Positions 37,201 through 51,100 of a stretch of DNA of 61,747 nt are shown one piece after another; the stretch's first letter is position 1; each line of letters opens with the position of its first letter. The translations under genes were made by a program, and so were the position numbers. The stretch comes from Octopus bimaculoides (Eukaryota): the NCBI RefSeq assembly GCF_001194135.2, contig NC_068984.1, forward strand, positions 101,959,905-102,021,651, given 5' to 3'. The notes beneath the pieces were generated by a model. That model searched no databases. It was not told the origin of the DNA and saw only the letters and a list, made by a program, of their open reading frames with translations.

Positions 37201-39021
37201 CTTGTTCCTGAAACATAAGTAGTGTTAATTTGTTGGCACACTTAGAGAATTTATTTCTATTCAATTTGTAAATGTTGGTCCTTTATTTAACCTCGTCTCT
37301 TTACAGGGTCTATATGAGCAGCTCTAATTGGAGCTACTTAGCATCAATATGCAATACTTCATGAGGTTTTATATAAAAAACATGGTAAAAACTAAGGAAA
37401 AAAAGGGGGAAAAGTAACAATCTTGTAGATTTTGAGAGGATAAAAGACAAATGTTTTCCAAAGCTTCTGAGAGTCAGTGTTTAGAGCTAGTTTCATGATA
37501 TAAAGCATATCACAGATAAATTTCCTCCCAGCTTAAGTCCTAGTCAATCACCATAACAGATCAGTTATCTATTCCTGGTAAGTTGTACTGAGGTACATAG
37601 AATAAAGTAGATAGCTGTATAGAATGAGGTACAAAGAATAAGGTATATAGGCATATAGAATTAGATACATTAGAATAAAGTATCTAGAATGAGATGCATA
37701 GAATAATGTATACAGGTATGTAGAGGAACAAAGAATAATGTATACAGTTATATAGAATGAGGTACATTAGAATAATGTATATAGTTATACAGAATGAGGT
37801 ACATTAGAATAATGTATATAGAATGAGGTACATAGAATAAAGTATAACAGTGTATAGAAAGAGATACATTGAATAATGTATACTACAGATATGTAGAGAT
37901 ACAAAGAATAATGCACATAGTTATATAGAATGAGGTACATAAAAATAAGGTATATCCCTTTAGCATATAAACCAGCTATATCCAACCCAAATATTCCACT
38001 TGTTTTATGTTGAAACCAACCAGATCTGGCCTCTCAAACCTATCTTTAGAATGTCATACTAAAAATATACAATGATATCATTGAAATCTCAAAACAACAA
38101 GATAATACATGATTAATTCAAAACAATATGAATAAATAAGTACTACATTTGTGAGAGTAATCTGAGTGTTAAAGGGATATAGGTACATAGAATAAGGTGC
38201 ATTAGAATAAGTGTCTCACCGAGAATTACAAGGGATATAGGTACATAGAATAAGGTGCATTGGAATAAGTGTCTCACTGAGAATTACAAGGGATATAGGT
38301 ACATAGAATAAGGTACATTGGAATAAGTGTCTCACCCAGAATTACAAGGGATATAGGTACTTAGAATAAGGTACATTAGAATAAGTGTCTCACCCAGAAT
38401 TACAAGGGATATAGGTACTTAGAATAAGGTGCATTAGAATAAGTGTCACACCCAGAATTACAAGGGATATAGGTACATAGAATAAGGTACATTAGAGTAA
38501 GTGTCTCACCCAGACTTACAGAGATACAGATGAAGATTTCAACTCACAAACTAATAGTAATACAACCCCCTACTCACTCAGCCATACTGATCAGGAAAAT
38601 TAATTAGGGTTATATAGGATGTTTTGAGAGTATAAATTAGGGCCAGAATAATTAATTAAATTGTTACCTTGAGTGTATTAATCAAGGCAAGGTTATTTAA
38701 TGTAATATCATTGTAGTAGTTCTTAATGTCACTAAATGCTTTTTCATGGTTCTTCATTAGAGTAATAATTTGACTGTTTTTACGTTCTTCAATTTCATGA
38801 ATCTCAACTTTGCGTTTCAATTCCAATTCATCACGAAGAGCTTGCATTTTTCTATCATATTTTTTTTCAATTTCTTTTGCTCGTCGCTCAAATTCTGCCT
38901 GTAAGTTTGTGATTTCTTCACTATTTTTCTAAAAGGAAAAAAAAAAAAAAAAAATCAGAATGAAATATTTCTATAAAACTGTTGCTGTTTCATATAATTT
39001 TCTTTTATTCAAATAACAGTT

Positions 39022-39061
<40 letters not shown>

Positions 39062-41355
39062 NNNNNNNNNNNNNNNNNNNNNNNNNNNNNNNNNNNNNNN
39101 NNNNNNNNNNNNNNNNNNNNNNNNNNNNNNNNNNNNNNNNNNNNNNNNNNNNNNNNNNNNNNNNNNNNNNNNNNNNNNNNNNNNNNNNNNNNNNNNNNNN
39201 NNNNNNNNNNNNNNNNNNNNNNNNNNNNNNNNNNNNNNNNNNNNNNNNNNNNNNNNNNNNNNNNNNNNNNNNNNNNNNNNNNNNNNNNNNNNNNNNNNNN
39301 NNNNNNNNNNNNNNNNNNNNNNNNNNNNNNNNNNNNNNNNNNNNNNNNNNNNNNNNNNNNNNNNNNNNNNNNNNNNNNNNNNNNNNNNNNNNNNNNNNNN
39401 NNNNNNNNNNNNNNNNNNNNNNNNNNNNNNNNNNNNNNNNNNNNNNNNNNNNNNNNNNNNNNNNNATATAATTATGTGGAGAATGGAGAAACAAACACAA
39501 GAAGAAGCAAGTCAATTGGGCTAGTTAGCCATTGATTTAATTATGTGGAGATTATATAATGAGTCATTTACGATCGTTTCGATGTGCCAAATGGTTTGGC
39601 AGATCTCTTCAGAATGTTGAGAAGTATGTTAAAGTTCATGAATATTTTTAAAAAATAGTGTTGACTAACATATTTAATGCCTGAGTATTATTAAAAAAAA
39701 CTAATTAGAAATACTTATATGATGACAAAAAATGTTGACATATATTATGCTAATCATTTCAACATGTACAGGAGCCAACTCCAACCATGCTGTAGTCATA
39801 CTAAACCTTCTCAGGAAAGCATAGAATCCATTGTGTTTGCTGATCAAGTCCATGAGGCAAAAATAAAGGTACATTTTTTTTTTATCTGTCCAACAATGCA
39901 ATTTAACATTTACTTTTGTTAAGAAAACTAGGTTATTGTTAGAAGAGCAGACATAACTTAACACATTGTAAACTCTTATCCTTTCCATAAGTGACCAACC
40001 TCAATCTTTTCTACTATAGGCACAAAGCCTAAAACTTTGGTGTCAAGCTGGTGCCTATGCCATTCTCTTGGATAACATCAGGGGCTTGGAGAGGGGAGGC
40101 TAATATGCATGGGTGACTGCTAGTCTTCCATAAACAACGTCGACCCAGTGCATAGCTGGTGCTTATTTCATCAACCCCGAAAGATTGAAAGTCAACCTCA
40201 GCAGAATTTGAACTCAGAACATAAAGATGGACGAAATGCCACTAAGCATTCTGCCAGGCATGTTAATGATTCTGTCAGCTCACTGCCTTTAATTACCTCA
40301 ATAACAGTCATTGATCTAACTGATAATATATATATTTTTTTTAATTACCATCTCTAGGTCTAATCTTGTCTAGAAATACAGGTAAAAATAGATCCCATTT
40401 GACCAATGATCTTCGTCTATCAGCATTAAAACAACTTCTTTTCCTGCTCCAAATTAACTTCATTCATATACTTCAAATCACCAGAAATGGGAATTTTGTT
40501 TTTTTTTCTTAGGACATTTTGAAAATTAGAGGAATAGAATTGAAAAATGAAATCGATTTCAAATTAGTTTTACTGCTGAAAATTGAATCCAAACTTAAAT
40601 CAAAATGGAAAAAAACATAAATAAACAACTAAAATTCAAACAGATTGAAAAATGTAAAACTGAATTTCATACATGACTGCACATCTAAAGAAACATCCAG
40701 ATTTAAAAACACATGAAAGATTGTAAAGTAAGCTTACCTTCTGCAGAGTTTTGACCATGTCTTCATGGGAGAGTTCCATTTCTTTCAGTTCTACCTTAAG
40801 ATTTCGTTTATCCTTACGTAACTGTTGTTCATTACTGTAATTGGTCTCCTGAGCCAGTTTTAGTGAAACAGTGCTCTCAGCTTTTAACTGTGCAATATTG
40901 TTCTGATGTTCATACATCAAATGTTTTACTTTCTGTTTGTACACCTGTTAGAAAATTCAGAAAAGGCAAGTCAGTGAGTAACAGGTTTCCCATGATTTAT
41001 CCAGTTCTAAAATAAAAGGGACTGATCTCTGCACTTCCCTTGTCAGGAATAACAGACCAATTTATCCAATTTTATGTTAGCATAGCTGTGTGCTCACTTC
41101 ACAACCACATGATGCAAAGAATAAGAAAAAGAATAAAAAGAAAGAATGAGACAAAATATTTCTCTCTAGTCAACATTGACCATTTATTTCAGAAGTTTTA
41201 GCCAAATTTCCTGCAGTGCTGTCTTCTGTAGATGAAGTGACTGGATACCTCACTGTGATACCCAAGTATTTCCAGGTCGTTGTCGATATGTGTTGAATCC
41301 AGAATAACGGACTTGATATTTTAACTGCCTAGATTATATATCCCAACTAATATAC

Positions 41356-41396
<41 letters not shown>

Positions 41397-42133
41397 GTGT
41401 GTGTGTGTGTGTCTTTGTATATGTTCCCCCACCCACTGCTTGACAACTGGTGTTGGTTTGTTTATGTCCCCGTAGCTCAGTGGTTTTGGCAAAGGTGACT
41501 GATAGAATAAGTACCAGATTTAACAAAATAAGTACTAGGTCAATATGTTTGACTAAACCCTTCAAGGGGTTGCCCCAGCATGGCTACAGACCAATGACTG
41601 AAGCAAGTAAAAGATAAAAGACAATCAGCTGTCTTCGTGTCATAGATCTTCTCAAGAAGAACTGACTAGGTTTAGAAAAATATGAGGTGGATACTTCACC
41701 TTAATTTCAATTTGATGCCTTTCTTCCGCTTCTTCCATTTCTCTGTCTTTGTTACGTAGTTGAGCTTGAAGTTCTGACAACTTTTGCTGAGTTATGTCCC
41801 AGAAAGTGTGAACACGGTCACGCTCCAGCTGATGGAAGTTTCTTTCTCTTCTTTCACGATCAAGCTGCTCTCTCATCCGTACCACATGCTCTTCAAGCTG
41901 CAACAAAACACATGGATGAAACAGAGAAACATGCCGAGACAATGGCTTAGTATCAATCTCCATGACAAGATTTGGAATTATATCAACATAAAGAGTTTTA
42001 AACACTCAATTATAAAGTAATGAATTTATACTTACATTTGAACTTTAAGTTCATTTATTGCACTAACAGCAATTAAAGTAAAATGTTTAATTGTTTAAGT
42101 TATCATTGTCATATAAGCGCATGTGTGTATAAG

Positions 42134-42165
<32 letters not shown>

Positions 42166-45100
42166 ATGATCATGTGACCTACCAGACTATTAGATGTTGT
42201 TACACATTGCTGGTCACAATGCGCTTTGCATTGTTTTAACCTTCGAATGATGCTACCCTGCTGGCTAGGTAAGCAGGCCAAAATTCTCCTTGATTGAAAG
42301 AGGGACTGGAGCAATGTGAAATGAAATGTTTTGCTCAAGAACACAACGTGCTGCCTGGTCTGGGAATCAAACCCACGATCTAGTAATTGTGAGTGCAACA
42401 ACCTAACCACTAGGCCACATGCCTACACACACACACACACTCACAACACATATATTGGCAAAAGTATCAAATTAGAGGCTAACAAATCAAATATATTTAG
42501 CTTCAGTTTATTTTTATTCTAATATAATTTTCCCTTTTATTCCAACTGTGTGTTACCAGGCCTCTGCAAAACTGGTAATAGGCCTCCATTTCATCTAGTT
42601 CTGACCAGCTATTACCTGTAGGTTTCATTTTATATTGTTTGTTATGTATTTCAGTAATCAGAATACAAGCTAAAAGGCTTGGTATGATTTAAAAAAGAAA
42701 ACATCTTCTTCATACACATACATACCTTATGTTTCTAACAAGTGGGTTTAACCCCTCACATACCAGCTGGCTCCCCTACCTCTCTGTGTCGCTTGCCTTT
42801 TATAGATTAAATGCCTTAATTAACAAAACTCAAAATTAATAAAATTGAAATTCCTAGAGAAATATCTGAAGAGATACTCAAAGTAAAAGCCTGTTAAAAG
42901 ACTTAATTGCTGAAAAATAAAAAATAAATGAACACCTAAAATGACTAACTACATTAACATCCATCCATCCATCTCTACTGACTATTCTTGGAAGGGTTGC
43001 AGGGGTAGAGTCCTCAGGTACTACTCCCATAGGGTCCTATCAGAAGTCATGAGACTCTCTGAGAGCTGAATTCTCAAAAATGACTAACTGAGATTATAGA
43101 TATTATCCAACCATCTCATTCTTGGTCTATCCCTAGGTCTCCTGCTGGTTGGCTCAGCTTGAAGAATCTATCGTGATTATTCGCTGTGACATTCTAATCA
43201 TATGTCTTGTAGTACTGGAACCCTGACACCTCAATGCAGAGAAGTAGCACCTGATCTTTGAGCTAGACAGTGTTACTCTACAGATCCTTTCACAAGGATC
43301 TCTGTAGTGTTATTCCAGAGATCCTTTCACAAAACCCCATTTCGGCCACTTATATTCACAATTGGACTCTTTTGGTTATTCGCCAACATACATGATCATA
43401 GGTGAGGATAGACATGAAAACTGAGTTGAAGGCAGCAAGTTTGGCTTTTTCACCAACTTGAAGACAGCAAATAAGACTTTTTCACCAATACACTAATAAT
43501 GATTTCAAAATTTGGCCCAAGGCCAGCAATTTCAGGGCAGGGGATTAGTTGATTGTATCAAACCCAGTACTCAACTGGTACTTATTTTATTGACCCAAAA
43601 GGATGAAAAGTAAAGCCAACCTCAGCAGAATTTGAACCCAGAATGTAAAGATGGACAAAATGCCCAGCATGCTAATGATTCTGCCAACTTGCCACCTTAT
43701 GCCAATACATTAATATTAATGAATGAATTATGAAGTCTTTAAATCTTACCTGTTCTTTTGTCATCTCCTCTGTGGAAACATTGTCTATGATGATGGGAGT
43801 TTTACCTCCTTTCCCAGATTTCTTACCCTTTTTACCGCCTTTCTTTTTAGGTGGCTAAAAAAAAACAAAACAAAACAAGAATGATAAACAGAGTAATTGG
43901 TGCCTGATTTATTATGTGGATCTCCATGTGGATAACAATATATTATATATAACATATTGACAAAAAGAAAACAGTCATAAACTACTTGTATTTGCATTTG
44001 TTTTTCCTGTTCCATGTTTTCCTATTACTTTTGACCACACTGTGTGTTTGTTGCCTATTCTGACATTAAAATCGCCCATCAATATGACTTTGTCATGATA
44101 TGGAATTTTACTGACATCTGCAATTTGGAGCAGAAAATGTCATGCTTTTGTTCGGATGTTGATAAAATCAGTGCGTATGCACTGATAATGTGATGTGTCA
44201 TGATGCATCACAACAATCTGTGTTGAAGAAACAGAACTGTAAAAGACATATTCACCAAATCCCAGGTAAAATCAAAACCATCATTGTCCCCATTGTGACT
44301 CCATAGCAAACGATCTACAGTAAAGTTGCTTAAAGTAGCTTGAAATCAATGTTTTTCTAAATATTCGTCTGCTTTTCTTTTATGTGAATTTCTTGTGTAG
44401 ATTTGCAGCCTTTTTTTTGTGTGTGCGCGCGTGCGCGGGGGTTTGTTTTTGTGTCTGTGTTTGACAACTACTGTTAGTGTGTTACATCTCTGCAGTTTAG
44501 CGGTTTGGACAAACGAAACCGATAGAATAAATACCAGGCTTCAAATAATAAATACTGGGATTGATCCTTTTGGCTAAAATTCTTCAAGGTGGTGCCCCAG
44601 CATTGCCAAAGACTAATGACTGAAACAAGTAAAAGAATAAAAAAATATATATGTATACATGTGTGTGCGCGTGTGTGTGAATATATGTGCTTTTGTGTTT
44701 GACCCCACCACCGCTTGACAACCGGTGTTGGTTTGTTTACACCCCCGTTAATAAACGAGTCAGCAAAAGTAACTTATAGAAGTACCAGACTTTAAAAATA
44801 AGTATTGGGGACGATTTGTTCAACTAAAATCTTTCAAGGCGGTGACCCAGCATGGCCGCAGTCCAATGATTGTAACAAGTAAAAGATAACCAATAATTCA
44901 GATCCCCTCTTATAAATTTTTGTTCACCTGTACATGAGTTGTGGCCCTTCACTAGCTTGCGATCTTGATTTCATCTTGAATTTTCAAGAAGCTATGCTCT
45001 TTACCAATTACACTCACAGAATAGAACCTAATGAGCCCAACCTACCATAGTCATTCTCGCGCCTTTCGTCGCTTCCCATCAACTTTTAGTGATAAATATT

Positions 45101-48100
45101 CTTTCCACAATAAGCACAAAGCGTGCAATTTGGCCGGAGGGGTCAAATCGATTATGTCGCCCCCCCCCCGATCCCAGTGCTCCATGTATACTTATTTCCC
45201 GACCCTGAGAGGATGGCTGGCAAAGTCGAGCTCGGCGGAAGTTACAATCAGAATGTAAAGCTGAAAGAAATACTTCTAATTATATCGCTCCGTGTGCTAA
45301 CGATTCGGCTAGCTCGCCGCCTTTTTTAATGATGAAAATATTGATAGCAAATTTTATCAGAAGGTCAGTAATTTCGGGTAAAGGGTGTAAGTCGATTGCA
45401 TCAACCCCAACACTCAACTAGTACTTATTTTATCGACCCCGAAAGAGCAAAAGGTAAAGTCGACGGATGAAATATCGCTAAGCATTTTGCCCCGTTTGTT
45501 AAGGATTCTGCTAAGTTCTAAAATTTGTTGCGTAGCTTTTTAAAGGGAAGTAACTCACTAGTTTAGCAGTGAATTATCCCTTCTACACTGTATGTCTTGC
45601 GACAAGAAGGAAACCTGACGAAAAACCGGGATTCAATGACTAGACCTGTGCCTGTTGATTGCATGAGTATCCTATGCTTTGTTGTTGATAAATGAGAGAT
45701 ATTGTATAACAGTCCTTTTCGTGCATTTCTGAATATAAACAAAATTCAGACATGATATAACAGCCCTTCTGTGTATCTGTGAATAATGACATTACTAGAT
45801 TTGGGAATCATATAAATCAAATATAGACATTATGTACTTATTTGGTACATCCATCAGTAACGTCATTACTAGTCTTGGGTACGATATAAATCAAATACTA
45901 TACTCTACTTTATATTGAGTTCTTTCACCTTGCTCGATGTAGTTAATATTACAGCATGCATACATACACGTACAAATATGTATGCATGTATACACACACA
46001 CACACATACACACACTTGTATGACGCATTTCTGTATATCAAATTCACTCCCAAGATCACAAGATAACAGTGAGTCTGAGGCTATAGTAAAAATCACTTGC
46101 CTTAGGTACTGCACAGTGAGACTAAAGCAAAAATCATGGTTACAAAGTGAACTTCTTAACCATACAGCCACGGCTGAGTCCAAACATATGCGTGCGTGCA
46201 TGCATGTATGTATTATGTATGTATAGGCACCGTTTTTTATACCCTTTTCTTCAAGAGCCTAAAATTATCTGTAACCATCAACCCCTATCTTAAAAATAGT
46301 TAACTTGTTTGATACAATAATGAACTAAGAAAACTGCAAATATATAACCCACAGAAAAACTATTTTATAAAGACCCCATGTTAAGTACATAAAACACATA
46401 CAAAACCCATAAAAAAATATGTTAACATACCTTCCAATCCCCCATAGAATATAAGCAGGAATCTACTGAAGAACATCTCACTTAGATCATCAACATTGCC
46501 ATTACTGTCAACATTTAACTTCTGTTTTCCATGCTGTCATAAGTTGGATGGCTTGACAGCAACTTGTAAGACCAAGGTTCCATAGTCTGTTTTGGCTCAG
46601 TTTCTATGGCTGGATGCTCTTCCTAATGCCAAATACTTTACAGTGTGTGCTGAGTGCTTTTTATGTGGCACCATCACCAGTACTTTCTTACGTGACACCT
46701 GCACCATGGAACCAGCAGCCACATCAATGCTTTTTACATGGCATTCTGGTTTTAGGATCTCAATTCTGTTGTGGTGAGCAGGTCTTCCTGATTACAGCAC
46801 TATGCCACATATCTTATTCCTCTGTCATTTCCTTCATAAGTCTCAGCATTTTGAGATGGCCTTCAATACATCATCCCATGTCTTCTTAGATCTCCCTCTT
46901 CCACAACTTCCTTCCACTTTAACCCTTTAGTGTTTAAACCGGCTGTATCCGGCCCAAATATTCTATCTGTTTTATGTTCAAACTGGCCAGAACCAGCATC
47001 TCACACCTACCCTGCAATGTCATTCTAAAAATAAGCAATTACATCTTTCCTATCTTGAAGCTACAAAATAATATCAGATATATTTTTTTTAATGTGAATA
47101 AATAAGGATTACTTTTGACAAATTAATCTGAACGCTAAAGGGTTAAGCGACGCACTTCTTTATGCAACTATCTTCATCTATCTACATCACATGACCAAAC
47201 TTGCACACTGCATATAATTCCTTGTATGCCCAACTTCTCTCTCAATGCACCAGTGCTCTGTTGTATATGCTACTCTAATACCTTTTGATTCCAGATTCTG
47301 TTTCCACATCTCGAATTTCTTTTCTAAATCTATTACAGAGGGCAAGATCATCACCATGCAGTAGTTCCCATGAGCTTCCAGTCTTAAATTCCTCTGCTAT
47401 GACCTGGAGGGCGATGATGAAACATCTAATTTCTCCAATGTTTCTAATATGAATTATGATTTTTGTTTCATGCTCATAAACTCAAATATAGAAAGACTGT
47501 CACTTCAATCATAGAAGTTTTAAAATGGTTTCTGTGTCTGAGACAGTAATTTTGTGTGCTAAAAATGGTGCCTATTATTACAGCACTCCTTAAGGCAGTG
47601 AGCAGTGAACAAAATGCTTAGCAGCAGTTTGTCTGTCTTTACATTCTGAATTCAAACGCCACTGAGCTCAACTTTGCCTTTCACCCTTTTGGGAATGACA
47701 AAATAAGTAACAGTGGAAGACTGAGATCAATGTAATTGATTAACAACAAGCCCTAAAATTGCTGGCCTTGTGCCAAAATTTGAAACCATTATTACAGCAC
47801 TCCTTAAGGTGGTAGAATTGTTATCATACTGGACAAAATACTCAACAGCATTTCTTCCATCTCTACATTCTGAATTCAAGTGCATCTGAAGTTAACTTTG
47901 CTTTTCAGCATTTTGCAGTTAATGAAATTAGAAACAGTGGAGCACTGGGGTTGATGTAATTGAGTAACCCGCTTCCCTAAAATTTCAGGCCTTGTATCAT
48001 AGTAGAAAGGATTTTTATTACAACACTCTAGATGATTGAAATATGATGAGTAAATCAATCAACATAACAAATGTCTGAGACTCAATATCTAATCAACTGA

Positions 48101-51100
48101 AAAGGTTTTTCTCTCATTATTGCAAAATATCAACTGTCATGAGCTGTTTCTTTATATTACCATTGTGCTGCATTTCTAAGCAATGTAACTTAAGCTAAGT
48201 CCTTTGTAATTATGTGTCCAGAACATCTGAAGACAAGCATAAATAAACAATTAATAAGTTGTATTAACATCAGTTTATTAATCACATAGATTCACATCCT
48301 GGATCATTATCACATTTAAAAGTCATGTAATCTTTCTGCATTTTTAGCATCTATTACTTTTTCCGAATTAATGTCTTCTTCTACCATTAAAAAGCCACTA
48401 TTTTCTAATGGTATTTTGTTTTACATTTAATTTTGAAGATATGAAAGAACGTGAAAATATTTTTTCATTTGGCTGCTTCTAAATTCACTCTGATAATATT
48501 TGTTGCACGAAATTTTAACTTTTGCTTTGAATTTATGGAGGAAATACTATTGAAATTTGTGAAAAGATACAGCAGAAAACTAGGTATACAGCTATTTTGG
48601 AATCAAGGGTTGAGATTTTAAATAAATATATAACTTAATATCTATATCTATATATATATATATAACTTAATACACACATACACACACCCAAATCATGCAA
48701 TATGTATGCTTTATAATATATATCATGCAGAATTTATATATTTTATATAACAATAACTATTATGCAATATGCACTTCATATAACAATATATATTGTGCAA
48801 TACAATAAGATAATAAATATTGTGCAATATATATCATACAATACACACATAAATACATAAGTACACACACACACATACCTTGCTTATCAGTCCTTTAATA
48901 TGTTAACATTTACACTGCATTTACAGACTGAAGCAAATGTCTGGTTATGAACTGAAACAAAGAGGAAATATTCCAATTCTGCCAAGCAGAATGGATTTGT
49001 CAGGTTTTCTCAAGCACCAAAGAATCATCTTGCAGTTGAGATTCCAAAGCAAAGAGATATCAGATTGAAGTAACTCTCTCAAGCACAGAATAATTGGTTT
49101 TCAACTGAAACCCAGAGCAAAGAGACACAAGGCTGAGACAACTCTCTTAAAACATGTCAAAGCCATCTTGCAGTTGATCTCCAAAAGGAAAGGCAAGAAT
49201 GATTTGGAAAAGCTCATACATCTAGAAGCCCAACTTGCAATTGAGACAGAGCCAAGCAGAATGTCAAGGCTTGCACAGCTGGTTCAAAACAGCATGAGAT
49301 AAATTTCCACAGAGAGTAAAACAAAGAAGCAGAACAGTCACTGAGAGAAAATGAAAGAACAGGATTATTGAAAGCCTGGCAAGAAATGCAACTGATGGTC
49401 CTTTCTACAAGTAATTCACTGATAGGATGAAGAGTCATTTGGCCTCTGTTTTTTTTCCATACAAATTTTATCAACTGCTTGTTGAATTAAACTATCTTAA
49501 CTTCTTTGAGTGAAAGGTAAAGCTTGCTCCACTACCTCCTTCTCCATTGAAAATAGTTAAAAAGGTATGTAGCTTAGTGGTAAGGGTATTTGGCTAACAA
49601 TCATAAGGTTGTGAGTTCAATTCTTAGTGATGCGTTATGTCCTTGAGCAAGACATTTTATTTCATATTGCTCCAGCCCACTCAACTGGCAAAAATGAGTA
49701 GTATCTGTATTTCAAAGGGCCAGCCTTGTCACACTTTGTGTCATGCTAAATCTCCCTGAGAACTACATTAAGGGTACATGTATTTGCAAAGTGCTCACCC
49801 ACTTGCATGTTAATTTCATGAGCAGACTGTTCTGTTGATTGGATCAACTGGAACCCTCATTGTTGTAATTGATGAAGTGTCAGTTAAACCAATAGGGAAG
49901 AATTTGTTTTAGTGTAAATATTGGTCACAGTGTACAGACCTGCAATGAGACCCCAATATAGATTGAAAATCAATTAATGGCTGTTCATCATTTTTTCAAT
50001 CTACAGACAAATACCTAAATTTGACATGTTTGTACATGTACTACATATTTTATATCATAAATTGATACTATGTAGACAAGGTTCTCCATTGACAGACCAC
50101 TGATATCAAATAACGTGTTAACCCTTTCGCATTTAAACCAGCCACATCCAGTCAAAATATTTTACCTGTTTATGTTCAAACTGGCCAGATCTAGCATCTC
50201 ACATCTACCCTATAATGTCTTTCTAAAAATACACAATTACATCAACAAAATTTCAAAGCTACAATATAATACATGATCAATTCAAAACAATGAATAAATA
50301 AGTATTTCACAAAGTATTCTGAATGCTAAAGGAGTAATCACTGTAGTGACTTCATTTAGGCATAGAGCAGATTCGAACCTGAATCTGCCAATTTCCTTTA
50401 ACATTTCAACAGCACTTTTCTCATAGAAAAACAATAGTGACAGCAGTTACATTTAACATATGACTTTGCCAAGCCAATTTATGTCTTTTCCATTTAACTT
50501 TTTTGACCTCTTCTATACCACCAAAAGTTGAAATTAGATTAGGTCAACCAACATCAGGCTGTCTCTGCAATATACCTATTTTCCTAACTAGTTTTGTATA
50601 GTTATAAAAACAAGAACTCCATAAACCAAAGTCAGTTAGTGAGAACCGATTAACAGGGGAGTTGGCTGACCAGCTGAACAAAAAGCACAGAGGGACAACT
50701 ATGGTAACTCACCAACGTAGCAGTTATTTTGTCCCACCATTCTCACTAGCTTACTTTCTCTTCTCTACAACATCACTCTATCTTTTTCCCTGTTGCTATA
50801 ATGACTAGAACATGAACACTATACAAGAAAAATCTACGATATCTCTCTTTACCTTGCATGCTTTACAAATTATATAATACATACCAGCCCATTGTGGTTT
50901 GGCTATAACAATATGTAACAGTAAATAAATGTTTGTTTACAACTTCGATCACTGTTCTTTCATCTTGCACATCTGCAACATCAACACCTGGTAACTGCCG
51001 ACCCCCAACATATATCATTACATTTATCGTTACAACACTAATGGTATGCGAATTAGTAAACTCCGTTCTCTGAAGCTACTAGATTTGATATGTATATAAA

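Noticed and set aside
38172-38519. Regular repeat array as CRISPR
   Set aside because: Eukaryotic intron, contiguous tandem units with no unique spacers, and no cas genes.
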